This document shows positions 12,085 through 22,712 of a stretch of DNA of 64,000 nt, one piece after another. The translations under genes and the position numbers were made by a program. Origin of the DNA: Spirochaetota bacterium (GTDB taxonomy: Bacteria > Spirochaetota > UBA6919 > CBDBPB01); assembly GCA_965208615.1 (NCBI GenBank), contig CBDBPB010000002.1:92666-156665 (forward strand), in the 5' to 3' direction. The notes below the pieces were generated by a model. The model was not told the DNA's origin. It did no database searches and was given only the letters and a program-made list of their open reading frames with translations. The first letter of the stretch is position 1. Each line of letters starts with the position of its first letter.

Positions 12085-12897
12085 ATGATTAAAATTAATG
12101 AACAGTTTATAGAGTATAAAAGTGATATAAGCCTTTTTGACCTTAGGGATAAGTTTAAGCCAGAGGCTGATATTATGATATACAACGGATTCCCTATTAG
12201 TGAAGACAGGTTTTTGGCTGATGGTGATGAGGTTGTATTTATTAAGCGGGGTGAAGTGCCTTCTAAAGACGATCTTGAAGGTTTAATGCTATCCCGTCAT
12301 ACACCTGGTGTACATAAAAGGCTTAAGGCTAGTGTGGTTGGTGTCGCTGGCATAGGTGGATTAGGTTCATCTGTGGCTATTGCATTAGCGAGGATAGGCA
12401 TTGGGAAGCTTATATTAGCTGATTTTGATATAGTGGAGCCTAGTAATTTAAATAGGCAACAGTATTTTATTAATCAGATTGGTATGCCTAAGGTTCATGC
12501 TATGCGGGATAATTTAAGGCAGATTAATCCTTATGTTGAGGTTGATATATATCAGGTAATTCTTGATGAGGCTAATGTACCTGATATTTTTAGTGGGGTT
12601 AATGTATTGGTTGAGGCTTTTGATAGGCCTGATATGAAGTCTATGTTGATTAATTCTTTTTTGGATAGTTATCCAGAGGGATATGTAGTTAGTGCATCTG
12701 GCTTAGCTGGCTATGATAGTGCTAATTTAATTAAGACCCATTGTTTTGGTGATAGGCTATTTGTTGTGGGGGATAGGGTATCGGCTGCTATGCCTGGTAG
12801 GGGGCTTATGGCTCCTAGAGTTGGTGTTGCTGCACATCATCAGGCTAATAAGGTTTTAGAGATAATATTAGGAGATGGTTATGAACATAGTGGTTAA
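12085..12897 (+). CDS. thiF: Sulfur-carrier adenylyltransferase ThiF with N-terminal ThiS-like extension
   Basis: E1-like nucleotide-binding motif GVAGIGGLGSSVAIALARIG...ILADFDIVEPSNLNRQ. First ~60 aa resemble a ThiS/MoaD beta-grasp (INEQF...DGDEVVFI). Confidence 0.75.
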   Translation: MIKINEQFIEYKSDISLFDLRDKFKPEADIMIYNGFPISEDRFLADGDEVVFIKRGEVPSKDDLEGLMLSRHTPGVHKRLKASVVGVAGIGGLGSSVAIALARIGIGKLILADFDIVEPSNLNRQQYFINQIGMPKVHAMRDNLRQINPYVEVDIYQVILDEANVPDIFSGVNVLVEAFDRPDMKSMLINSFLDSYPEGYVVSASGLAGYDSANLIKTHCFGDRLFVVGDRVSAAMPGRGLMAPRVGVAAHHQANKVLEIILGDGYEHSG

Positions 12898-13078
12898 CGG
12901 AGAGGATAGATTGATTAAGGGTTTAACGGTTAATGATCTTTTGGATGAGCTATGTATTTCCAGGGTAAATATAGCTGTGGAGCTTAATAAGAGTATTGTT
13001 CCAAAGGGTCAGTTTGATAGTGTTAACTTGGCTGATGGGGATAAAATAGAGATTGTACAATTTGTTGGTGGTGGATAA
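12875..13078 (+). CDS. thiS: Sulfur carrier protein ThiS
   Basis: 67 aa, MVMNIVVNGE start and C-terminal GG; overlaps thiF stop. Confidence 0.8.
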   Translation: MVMNIVVNGEDRLIKGLTVNDLLDELCISRVNIAVELNKSIVPKGQFDSVNLADGDKIEIVQFVGGG

Positions 13079-13097
13079 ATAGATTAGGGAGATATTT

Positions 13098-13874
13098 ATG
13101 TCGAAAAAAGATAATTTAGTTATTGCTAACAGGGAGTTTAGTTCAAGGTTATTTGTGGGTACTGGAAAGTACAATAGTTTTGAGCTTATGAAGGAGGCTT
13201 TTGAGGCCTCAGGTTCTGATGTTATTACTGTTGCTGTACGAAGGATTGATCTTAAGGCTAAGGGTGATAATTTACTTAGTCATATTGATCTTAGTAAATA
13301 TAAGCTTTTGCCAAACACTGCTGGATGCTATACGGCTGAGGATGCCATTAGATATGCACGGCTGGCAAGGGAAGTGGGCATGAGTGATATGGTTAAACTT
13401 GAGGTTATTGGTGATGAAAAAACATTATTCCCTGATAATGAAGCTACATTAGAGGCCGCCAAGGTATTAGTGAAAGAGGGTTTTATAGTGTTGCCTTATA
13501 CATCCGATGATCCCATTATGGCTAAGAAGCTTGAGGATATTGGATGTTCTGCTGTTATGCCATTGGCTGCACCTATTGGTTCTGGGCTTGGTATAAGAAA
13601 TCCATATAATATTAAGATAATACTTGAGACTGTTAACTTACCTGTTATTGTGGATGCTGGAGTAGGTACTGCTTCTGACGTTGCTATTGCTATGGAATTA
13701 GGTTGTGATGCTGTACTTATGAATACGGGTATTGCTGGTGCTAGTGATCCTGTTGCTATGGCAAGGGCTATGAATTATGGTGTTAAGGCTGGTAGGCTTT
13801 CATACTTAGCTGGACGTATCCCTAAAAAGCTTTATGCAAGTGCCAGTACGACATTTGAGGGTATGCTTAATTAG
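13098..13874 (+). CDS. thiG: Thiazole synthase
   Basis: ThiG length and motifs ([26 protein letters not shown]). Confidence 0.85.
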   Translation: MSKKDNLVIANREFSSRLFVGTGKYNSFELMKEAFEASGSDVITVAVRRIDLKAKGDNLLSHIDLSKYKLLPNTAGCYTAEDAIRYARLAREVGMSDMVKLEVIGDEKTLFPDNEATLEAAKVLVKEGFIVLPYTSDDPIMAKKLEDIGCSAVMPLAAPIGSGLGIRNPYNIKIILETVNLPVIVDAGVGTASDVAIAMELGCDAVLMNTGIAGASDPVAMARAMNYGVKAGRLSYLAGRIPKKLYASASTTFEGMLN

Positions 13875-13877
13875 TGT

Positions 13878-14492
13878 ATGACTTTACCTAAGTTATACCT
13901 CATAACCGATAGAACCCTTTGTAAGAATATCTTTTACACTATTGAACAGGCTCTTATTGCTGGTGTCAGGATGATACAGCTTAGGGAGAAGGATTTATCA
14001 TCGGCTGAGCTTTATAATATGGCGTATAAGATGAGGGAGCTAACCAATAAGTATAATGCCATGCTTATAATAAACGATAGGGTGGATATTGCTTTATCCG
14101 TTGATGCTGATGGCATTCATGTTGGGAAGGATAGTTTGAGTATACCTATTATAAAAAATGTGCTTTATAGGGCTAATAAACAGCTACTTATTGGTTATTC
14201 TGCTCATTCTCTAAAAGAAAGCATTATGGTTGAGGATCATGGTGCAAACTGGATAACATTTAGTCCTATTTATTATACTAGGTCTAAGATGCTTTATGGT
14301 AGGCCTCAGGGGATAGATAGATTAATTGAGATTACATCTAGGATAAGTATACCGGTTTATGCTCTTGGAGGGATAAACAATTTTAACGCTGTTGAGGTTT
14401 CTAAGGTTGCCTATGGTATTGCTCTTATTTCTCAGATAATCGGTTCTACGGACCCTAAACATAGTGCAGAAGAGATGTTAGACATTATTTAA
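13878..14492 (+). CDS. thiE: Thiamine-phosphate synthase
   Basis: TMP-TENI family features (IQLREKDLS, INDRVDIAL, ALGGIN); operon position after thiG. Confidence 0.8.
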   Translation: MTLPKLYLITDRTLCKNIFYTIEQALIAGVRMIQLREKDLSSAELYNMAYKMRELTNKYNAMLIINDRVDIALSVDADGIHVGKDSLSIPIIKNVLYRANKQLLIGYSAHSLKESIMVEDHGANWITFSPIYYTRSKMLYGRPQGIDRLIEITSRISIPVYALGGINNFNAVEVSKVAYGIALISQIIGSTDPKHSAEEMLDII

Positions 14493-14596
14493 TATATCAT
14501 ACTAATTATTCTAAAATAGCTTATAATACTTTTGACCTATACTATTATAACAATTAATAATACTTCTATATAAACTTTTTATATAAATAGTAATAA

Positions 14597-15229
14597 TTAG
14601 AATTCTTTAAGAAGTGCCTTCCTAACCCTTATATCATTACGAAACTCTTTTTGAAAGTCCTTTTTTACCTTTTCAAAGTCATCAATAAGCGTAGTCTTGG
14701 TTATACTATAAAACTCATTATGGTCAAACTTAAGAGTACCTATATATACAGCTTTGTCATTAGGCTTAATCTTAACCATAGCCCTAATAGGAATTATAAG
14801 TTTGTTCGTATTTAAATTCCGAGTACCCTTATTAACATACTCACACTCCTGTAAGATAAACATCTCAAGTATATAAAAAGATTTTCTTTTAAACTTGATA
14901 TAAAAATCATTGTTAAGCCTAGCAATAATCCTATTAGTAAAATAGAATCCCATAGATGAATTATAAGTTTTTTCTGTAGGAGGATCTTGTATTTTTTCAT
15001 CAATCCAAATATGAATCTTATCTTTAAACTCGTAAGGAAAACAATTACGAGAGTCGCTAATATTATAAAAGCTATCCCCAAGAGGAGGGTCAAAAATAAT
15101 CTTTCCAATAACTAAAACTTCATTATCCTTTAAGTTGGAATCTTTCTCAAAATGTTCAACTTTATTAGGTAAGCTTGAACAACCCATAAATACTAATAAA
15201 ACTAAACATATAAACTTTATCTTATTCAT
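14597..15229 (-). CDS. Lipoprotein of unknown function
   Basis: Signal peptide with lipobox (VFMGC-SS). Confidence 0.45.
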   Translation of the reverse strand: MNKIKFICLVLLVFMGCSSLPNKVEHFEKDSNLKDNEVLVIGKIIFDPPLGDSFYNISDSRNCFPYEFKDKIHIWIDEKIQDPPTEKTYNSSMGFYFTNRIIARLNNDFYIKFKRKSFYILEMFILQECEYVNKGTRNLNTNKLIIPIRAMVKIKPNDKAVYIGTLKFDHNEFYSITKTTLIDDFEKVKKDFQKEFRNDIRVRKALLKEF

Positions 15230-15233
15230 AAAA

Positions 15234-15815
15234 CTAACCTTCAGTTTTTAAATTATCAGTAATCATTTTAATTTGTTTAGAATACTTATTCTTATCCATT
15301 TTTATAAACATAGTCCTTAACCTAATTAATAGATCCTTCTTTGATGGATTGGTAATAGTTATAAGGTCATAATCACTTCTTTTGTTTTTTAACATTACAT
15401 ATCTATATGAACCCATAAAATAAATACCAGGCTTTTTAACTCTTATAGCAGTTTTATTTTCACTAATAGAAAAATTATATACATAACTACCAAATTCCAA
15501 AGTCTCTTGAATAAAATCATAAGAGTAAAACTCCTCAATCTGATAAGGTCCAGGCTTAACTACAGAACTATACCAAAATAAATTACCTTTATCTATCTCA
15601 AAATCAAGATATATCTTTGGCTTAAAAGGATATCTACGAGCATGTATACCAGTTAGCTCTTTTCCAGGTGCATTTTTCATATCAATATAACCAAAAATAA
15701 GGGAACTCTTAAGAGAACTATTAGTATTATGAGATTCCTTTTTAGACACAGAATTACTGCAGTCAATAATAAAAAACGCCGCTATTAGTATTATAACTAT
15801 TAGTCTGAAATACAT
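15234..15815 (-). CDS. Putative exported protein or lipoprotein of unknown function
   Basis: Hydrophobic N-terminus with Cys shortly after (FFIIDCSN); same strand as and adjacent to the previous lipoprotein gene. Confidence 0.4.
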   Translation of the reverse strand: MYFRLIVIILIAAFFIIDCSNSVSKKESHNTNSSLKSSLIFGYIDMKNAPGKELTGIHARRYPFKPKIYLDFEIDKGNLFWYSSVVKPGPYQIEEFYSYDFIQETLEFGSYVYNFSISENKTAIRVKKPGIYFMGSYRYVMLKNKRSDYDLITITNPSKKDLLIRLRTMFIKMDKNKYSKQIKMITDNLKTEG

Positions 15816-16216
15816 TTTATCTCCAAAATAAGTAAAACTATACTTAATAGTTTATCTATTAGGATTCTCACATTTTTATAGCTAAAAACTTACTAAAAGC
15901 CAAGTAAATAGTTAATATTAGACATACTTTAAAAATATGCCTAAGCTTATATTTAATAGATAATAACTTAAGTATTCTAATATGTAAAACCTTGCCCTAC
16001 AGATAACGTCAATCTATAAAAGTTTAACAATTTAAACTAGTTCTCTTTTTCAAAGAGATGTAAAATACATTTATCTGAAGTTATATGTTTTATCATAAGA
16101 TATATACTTTTTAATCGACCTACTAAGAAATTAAAATAATATTTTTTTTATTATAAAAAAAGTGTTTACTATTGTTAACTCGATCTTAAAATAAGATTAA
16201 ATGAGGGTATAAAGTT

Positions 16217-18034
16217 ATGAATATTATTAGAATAGTTCTTTGTTTTGGACTAATTGGCATACTACAATGCAATACCAGTAAGGTTAATTCAAAACAAAAA
16301 AAAGTTATAAGTGGTAATAAACATCTATTTGAACAGCTTGTTAAAGAAAAAGATGGATCAAAAACAAATATAGAATACATAAATAGAGAAGGAATTATTA
16401 GAACCGATGTAATTGTAACTAATCCTATTACCAATGTTAGCGTTAGAGACTTTAATGTTAGAATAACTCAAATTGATAATAGTAGATTTCCAGAGGTTAC
16501 CCTACTAGTAAGCGTAACTGATAAATATGGTAATCCCCTTATTGTTAGCAATAAAGACTACTTTCAGATTGAAGAGCATGGTTTACCTGTTAAGAAAGAT
16601 AATATTATAAGAATTATCCAAAAGAAAGATATAAATGAAAAAGCAAATAAAATACCACTAAATACTGTACTCGCAATAGATAAAAGCGGTTCTATGAATG
16701 GAGGGCTAACCGAAGAAGAAAAACAACCTTTATGGTTTGCTAAAAGGGCCGCTGTTGACTTTATAAATAAGGTAAAGGATGATGATCTTGTTAGAGTTAT
16801 AGCTTTTGATGGTGATATACACTCCCTAGGGTCAAATAAAGAGGCTGTATCAATGATAGACCTGCTAAAACCTAAAGGTTCAACCGCCTTATATGGAGCA
16901 TTATTTATTGGAGTTAAAAAGCTTGAACTTGGATCTGGTATAAAAGCTATGATATTATTGAGCGATGGTAGAAATGATACAAGGGGTACTGTTAGTAATA
17001 CAATAAAGAAGATTACCTTGCAATATGGTATACATGCGGCTGAACAGTTTGCTATTCCTGTTTTTACGATAGGCTTTGGACAAGACTTTGATGAATATAC
17101 CTTAAGGAAAATCGCTAATGATACTCATGCACTATTCTTTAAAACCGCTAATAAAGAAGAAATAAATAAACTATATACGCAAATAAGACAAATTATTACT
17201 ACTCAATATTTAATTACTTATAAGTCTGAGTCATTAGAAGCAGTGACTAATGTTACCGCAAGACTTGGTAAATATGAAGATCACAGACAGTTCATCACTC
17301 CGGAACACGTTATTGAGAGAGAAAAAAAACTTATAAAAGAAATTAATATTGTTGCCAAAGAAAAGTTCCGCTTGGGAAAGGCCAATGAGGATATAAATAA
17401 ACAGATTGCTAACCTTAATCATAGAATGAAGGAATTGGATAAAAAAATACTTATACTAAAAGAAAAAGAGGATCTACTATCTTTAACCTCTAATAAAATA
17501 AACGAAAGAGAAAGTAGGCTAATTAGTTATAATAAAAGTATTAAAGAACTAGAAAATAAGACTAACGAAGATAAAATTAAGCTAAAACAAGAAAAGCAAT
17601 ATCTGGATAATATAAAATCCCAGCTAAATGAAAATAAAATCAGACTGGAAGAAAGAAAGGAAGCATTAGCACAACGTGAAAAAGATATTGATAATAAAAC
17701 TAATCAGCTAAATAATAAAGAAAATGGTTTAGAACAAAAGCTATCAAAACTGGATCAAAAAGAAAATAAAATTAAAGAAGAAGAAGCAAGAATCACCCAG
17801 CTAAAGGCTATGCTAGAAAGCAAAGAAATTGAGTTAAATAGCAAATTAAAAAAGAACGAAAAAATAGAAGTTAATCTTGAAAAAGAAAACAAAGAAATTA
17901 AGCTAAAACAACAAAAACTAAATGAACTAAAAAAACTAATAACTAGCCTATTAAAGCAGATAAAAGTAGAATATGAAGAGTCAATTGATGACCTAGTAAA
18001 ACAAAAAAAAGAATTGGATACAATTAAACCTTAA
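16217..18034 (+). CDS. VWA-domain lipoprotein with long C-terminal coiled coil
   Basis: Lipobox ILQC; MIDAS-type motif LAIDKSGSM; C-terminal ~250 aa highly charged Lys/Glu-rich heptad region. Confidence 0.6.
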   Translation: MNIIRIVLCFGLIGILQCNTSKVNSKQKKVISGNKHLFEQLVKEKDGSKTNIEYINREGIIRTDVIVTNPITNVSVRDFNVRITQIDNSRFPEVTLLVSVTDKYGNPLIVSNKDYFQIEEHGLPVKKDNIIRIIQKKDINEKANKIPLNTVLAIDKSGSMNGGLTEEEKQPLWFAKRAAVDFINKVKDDDLVRVIAFDGDIHSLGSNKEAVSMIDLLKPKGSTALYGALFIGVKKLELGSGIKAMILLSDGRNDTRGTVSNTIKKITLQYGIHAAEQFAIPVFTIGFGQDFDEYTLRKIANDTHALFFKTANKEEINKLYTQIRQIITTQYLITYKSESLEAVTNVTARLGKYEDHRQFITPEHVIEREKKLIKEINIVAKEKFRLGKANEDINKQIANLNHRMKELDKKILILKEKEDLLSLTSNKINERESRLISYNKSIKELENKTNEDKIKLKQEKQYLDNIKSQLNENKIRLEERKEALAQREKDIDNKTNQLNNKENGLEQKLSKLDQKENKIKEEEARITQLKAMLESKEIELNSKLKKNEKIEVNLEKENKEIKLKQQKLNELKKLITSLLKQIKVEYEESIDDLVKQKKELDTIKP

Positions 18035-18038
18035 CTTT

Positions 18039-19676
18039 TTATTTATCTGTGATAATTTGTGGAGAAGCTCCATAAAGTTCTCCCTCGGTTAATAAATACC
18101 TGAAATATGCTATAAAGCTATAACAATAACTTATAGCTTGAGAAGAGTTTGTTCCTTCCAATCTTTTTTTGCCGTCGATGGTATCAAAATATAGTTTTTC
18201 ACTACTATTTTGCGTTACAGAATCACTATTGTTAATCCAGGATAGTATTTTTTCAAGTTTTTTAGTTATGTCTGTTAGCCTTACACGGATAATATTACTA
18301 ATTCTGGTTTGATTATCTTCGAAGGTTAATAGCATCTCATTCTTTTTATAAGTGGATAAGCTAGAATTAATTTCTATATCATTTATCTCTTTTAGTATAG
18401 TAGTATAATCTTTAATTAGGTCATGGCATGAGTTAATGCCTAAGTATAGGTCGCTAAATTCTTTTTTAGTGTCAACCTTTTTTCCATCAAGAAGATCAAT
18501 ATTAAATTTTATTTTATTTGAGGTTAGGATAAAGGAGAACTCTTTTTCAAACTCTTCTAAAATAACATAAACTTTGAATATCTTATCGTTTTTATTAAAA
18601 TAAGCTATATTTCCTTTATCTTTAACAGTTTCATTTGTATAGTCGAGTTTATCTATCCATTCTTTTCCTTCTTTAAGTGATTCTGGTAGTTCTTCTTGTT
18701 TTTTTTCTTTTAGTTTTTCTTCATCATTTTTGTTTGTGGATAATGATTTTTGTTTATTAGTTTTAGTTTTTTTTCTTTCTTTTATTGCCTGTTTAATACG
18801 ATATTCAACTGTCTCACCTTCGTGTATATGCAATAGACCATATATTCTGCTTTGATCTTGGATATAAATATGTTCCATAAAGAGGTTAGAAATAGCATAG
18901 TGTAGTTTGTGAAGGCAGTTATGATAAATAATATCAATAGCTTTTTTTGATTTAGCCATATAATCTTTATAGCTTTGATCGTCTATAAGTTTTAAATCTT
19001 TTTTAATACTTAATGCTAGTTCAACTGCGTCTATAAGTTCGCTATAATAATGTCTAAATAAGTAAAGCCTACGATAAATCTTTTTTATAGGTTCTTCAAT
19101 AGCAATAAAGTCAATATTTCCTATACTATTTTCAGCTATTTTAGAGAAATGTTTAACGTCCTCGGCATTATAAAGATGGCTAGATATTCTTAATAGTTCA
19201 TATAGGTATATATTTTTTTTTATCATAAGAGTTATAAAAGTTTTATATTTAGCTTTTTTGGGATTTAAAATAAATTTTATTACATTATCAAGGTAATATA
19301 GTTCAGTGTTTAATAGAGTTTTTTGTTCGTTAATAAAAGTTTCTTTAAACTGATCCCCAAAAATAGTTTTTACTCCAACAAAAGTCGAAGCCAAATAAAG
19401 TGCAAGCTTATCAAAGAAGCTGTTGTGAGCAATAACTGGAACTCTATCTTCACTTTTTTGTTCTTCTTTATTTTCTTCACCTGCTAATTCTTTAAGTTTT
19501 CGTTTTTCTGATCCACCTATAATATGTTTACTATCTTTTACCTTTGTTTTTTTAACAGGAGGTTTAATAATCTTTCCACCATGATCAATAAATTTATCAA
19601 ATAGTTTTTTTTGTTCTTTTTTATTGAGTTTATCAGCTCCAATTTGTTTATGCAGTTTATCAAATTCGTTTTCCAT
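18039..19676 (-). CDS. Hypothetical protein (545 aa), Lys/Glu-rich
   Basis: Long ORF convergent with the VWA gene; no motif recognised. Confidence 0.4.
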   Translation of the reverse strand: MENEFDKLHKQIGADKLNKKEQKKLFDKFIDHGGKIIKPPVKKTKVKDSKHIIGGSEKRKLKELAGEENKEEQKSEDRVPVIAHNSFFDKLALYLASTFVGVKTIFGDQFKETFINEQKTLLNTELYYLDNVIKFILNPKKAKYKTFITLMIKKNIYLYELLRISSHLYNAEDVKHFSKIAENSIGNIDFIAIEEPIKKIYRRLYLFRHYYSELIDAVELALSIKKDLKLIDDQSYKDYMAKSKKAIDIIYHNCLHKLHYAISNLFMEHIYIQDQSRIYGLLHIHEGETVEYRIKQAIKERKKTKTNKQKSLSTNKNDEEKLKEKKQEELPESLKEGKEWIDKLDYTNETVKDKGNIAYFNKNDKIFKVYVILEEFEKEFSFILTSNKIKFNIDLLDGKKVDTKKEFSDLYLGINSCHDLIKDYTTILKEINDIEINSSLSTYKKNEMLLTFEDNQTRISNIIRVRLTDITKKLEKILSWINNSDSVTQNSSEKLYFDTIDGKKRLEGTNSSQAISYCYSFIAYFRYLLTEGELYGASPQIITDK

Positions 19677-20119
19677 AATGAGTTGTCCTATGTTTATGAT
19701 ATTAAAAAAGCTAAACTATAGTTGTAGATACTGTAACATATAATTTTATAATAACAACTTTTCATTGCAAAAAAGTTTATTATATTATAATTTTATTATA
19801 AGTAAAAACCAATATAAAATTAGTAATTTATATAAAAGTTGTTAGATTTTATACTATATTATATTTAAATATTTTGATAGCTATAAAGAGTTAATTTCAG
19901 TCATATTCAAGGCATATAACCCATTTAAAATCCTCAATAATAAAGATAAAAATAATAAATAAACATCTTTTTGATAAGGTGAAGTTATTATTTTTTATTC
20001 ATATTTTAATGTCTTTTATTTTAATGTCTTTTATTATCAGGTTATATTTTAATAATTATAGTATTAAAGTTTAATAGTTTTCCGAAAATTAATTTTAGAA
20101 ATTATGGAAAGGGATTCTT

Positions 20120-21209
20120 ATGATCATAAGTAGCAAAGGGAATAGATTAAATATTAGAGCTTTGTTTTCTTTAAACAAGATTTTTATATTTGTCTTTATT
20201 TTTTTTATGTTTGTGTTAACCATGTTATTCTTCTCTAAGGAAGTTTTATCTCAGGATAGACACAGAATAGATTTTTTAAATAAAAATATAGTCAAAGGTA
20301 TTAATATAGGGGATAATTATTATAGTGAAGATAATGAGAATCTTTTGTATGCCTTAGCTCGTTTTGAGTTGAAGAACAAACAGTTTTTAATTGACGATAA
20401 TATTGTAGACTATAAAGGATATTTTAAACAGTTAAAGTTCCGGACTTATACAATTAAAAAGCGTGATACTCTTAGTAGTATTTCAAGGAAGTTTAATATA
20501 AATATTGCTACTTTAGTAAGTTTTAATAACATAGAGGTTGATAAGGCTTTAAGGATTAATAATCAGCTTTTTATTCCGAGTATGGATGGGATTTTATATT
20601 CTGTTAAAAAAGAGGATAGTTTAAGAGGTATTGTAAAGAAGTACTCAAAATATAATGTTAAGTTAGGCGACATAATTTATTTAAATAATATAGTAAATAA
20701 CAAGATAATAGAGAAAGAGCGTCTTTTTATTCCTGGAGCAAAAATAGCTAAGAATCTTCTTATTAAGAAGTTAGAGCATACTTTTGCAATACCGGCAAAA
20801 GGTAGGATAACATCATTAGTGGGGATGAGGCCTAGTATTTTTAAGGGTCCCCAAAAAGGGTTATGAATTTCATCCAGGGGTTGATATAAAGGCCTATTAT
20901 GGTTCACCTGTGAGGGCGGCCAAAAGTGGACGAATAAAGTTAGCAGGTAGAGTTAAGGGATATGGAAAAGTAATTTTCATTAACCATGGTAATGGTTTAC
21001 AGACTAGATATGGTCATTTATCCCGGATATTGGTAAAACGTGGAGAGAGGGTAAGGAAGAGGCAGGTAATTGGGAAGGTAGGCAGTACTGGCAATTCTAC
21101 AGGTCCACATCTTCATTTTGAAGTGAGAAAGTATGGTAAGGTAGTTAATCTTACTCGTAAGTTTAAGGGATTAAGGTTAAAGCGTGGCGGATACTGGAAG
21201 TGGAATTAA
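20120..21209 (+). CDS. LysM-domain M23 metallopeptidase, interrupted by a +1 shift near 20849-20860
   Basis: Two LysM-like segments in ORF 20120-20866. M23 signature continues in the next frame (EFHPGVDI...GSTGNSTGPHLHFEV) in ORF 20910-21209. Shift sits in a C4-A5-G3 run. Confidence 0.65.
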
Positions 21210-21240
21210 TTTTATAATTTGTAGACATATTATAGTTTTT

Positions 21241-21480
21241 ACTCATAGGGGATTAGGCATACTTTTTTTAGATTTACTGTGTGTTATCAAAGGTATTACT
21301 ATGCTATTGTAAAGAGGTTTTGCTAGTTTACTTTTTATAATTGTTGTTTATTTATAGGGGATTAGGCATACTTTTTTTAGATTTACTGTGTGTTATCAAA
21401 GGTATTACTATGCTATTGTAAAGAGGTTTTGCTAGTTTACTTTTTATAATTGTTGTTTACTCATAGGGGATTAGGTATAC
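21241..21480 (+). repeat. Tandem repeat, ~110 bp unit, about 2.2 copies
   Basis: Unit starting ...ataggggattaggcatactttttttagatttactgtg... recurs at 21241, 21351 and partially at 21459. Confidence 0.75.
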
Positions 21481-21859
21481 TTTTTTGAAGTTTTACACAT
21501 AACGTCAATATCTAATATTTAAATAATCCGCTCTACACCTTTATGGAACTGCAAATCCGTTAACACTTAATAAGGGTCTATAATCCTTAGTCTCAGTAAG
21601 GGATTCTTAATAGCTCCCGTAATGATGACTACTTGCATAAAAAGTGATATTTTGTGTTAATTACTAAGGCATTTAAACAGCACTTAAAGAGCATATAGGG
21701 ATAACCTGCTTGACACAGGAAAATAACTTTTCCATAAATATTTTAACTTTCCTGTTCCACAAAGAGATATAAAATACATCTGCCTTTACGTTATATGTCT
21801 TGCTTTTTACCTTGTAGACTTTGTCATAACTATGTCATAAAATGACAACTGAATTATTA
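21481..21859 (+). repeat. Conserved noncoding block, copy A (paired with 58116-58570)
   Basis: Near-identical long stretch in both loci (e.g. ...ccgctctacacctttatggaactgcaaatccgttaacactt...cttgacacaggaaaataacttttcc...); no ORF of 60 aa or more in any frame. Confidence 0.7.
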
Positions 21860-22712
21860 AATAATATCCCTTTAGCCTTAACAAAAAATAAATATACTTA
21901 CTCGTCTGACTTAAAGTCTAAGCGTACAAGTTTATATGCATGTCTATTTTCAACAACCTAAACTTGATGGAGTATCCGTTATACTAAACCATAAAAAAGA
22001 AAAACTATATTCCCTTTAACCTCAACAAAAAATAAATATACCTACCAGCCCTAACTCAAGGTCTGAGCGTACAAGTTTATATGCATGTCTATTGTCAACA
22101 ACCTAAACTTGATAGAGTGCCTGTTATACTAAACCATAAAAAAGAAAAACTATATTCCCCTTAGCCTCAACAAAAAATAAATATACTTACTCGCCTGACT
22201 TAAAGTCTAAGCGTACAAGTTTATATGCATGTCTATTGTCAACAACCTAAACTTGATGAAGTATCCGTTATACTAAACCATAAAAAAGAAAAACTATATT
22301 CCCCTTAGCCTCAACAAAAAATAAATATACTTACTCGCCTGACTTAAAGTCTAAGCGTACAAGTTTATATGCATGTCTATTGTCAACAACCTAAACTTGA
22401 TGAAGTATCCGTTATACTAAACCATAAAAAAGAAAAACTATATTCCCCTTAGCCTTAACAAAAAATAAATATACTTACCCGCCTGACTTAAAGTCTAAGC
22501 GTACAAGTTTATATGCATGTCTATTGCCAACAACCTAAACTTGATGGAGTGCCTGTTATACTAAACCATAAAAAAGAAAAGCTATATTCCCCTTAGCCTT
22601 AACAAAAAATAAATATACTTACTCGCCTGACTCAAGGTCTGAGCGTACAAGTTTATATGCATGTCTATTGTCAACAACCTAAACTTGATGAAGTATCCGT
22701 TATACTAAATTA
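21860..22712 (+). repeat. Tandem array, 144-145 bp unit, about 6 copies
   Basis: Landmark acaaaaaata recurs at 21881, 22025, 22170, 22314, 22458, 22602. Unit contains ...gtctaagcgtacaagtttatatgcatgtctattgtcaacaacctaaacttgatg.... Confidence 0.85.

Noticed and set aside
19990-20035. Short direct repeat ttttaatgtctttta x2 upstream of the LysM/M23 gene
   Set aside because: Too short and AT-rich to distinguish from chance in this composition.
21860-22712. Possible CRISPR array
   Set aside because: Units are ~144 bp and contiguous with no unique spacers; no cas genes nearby.
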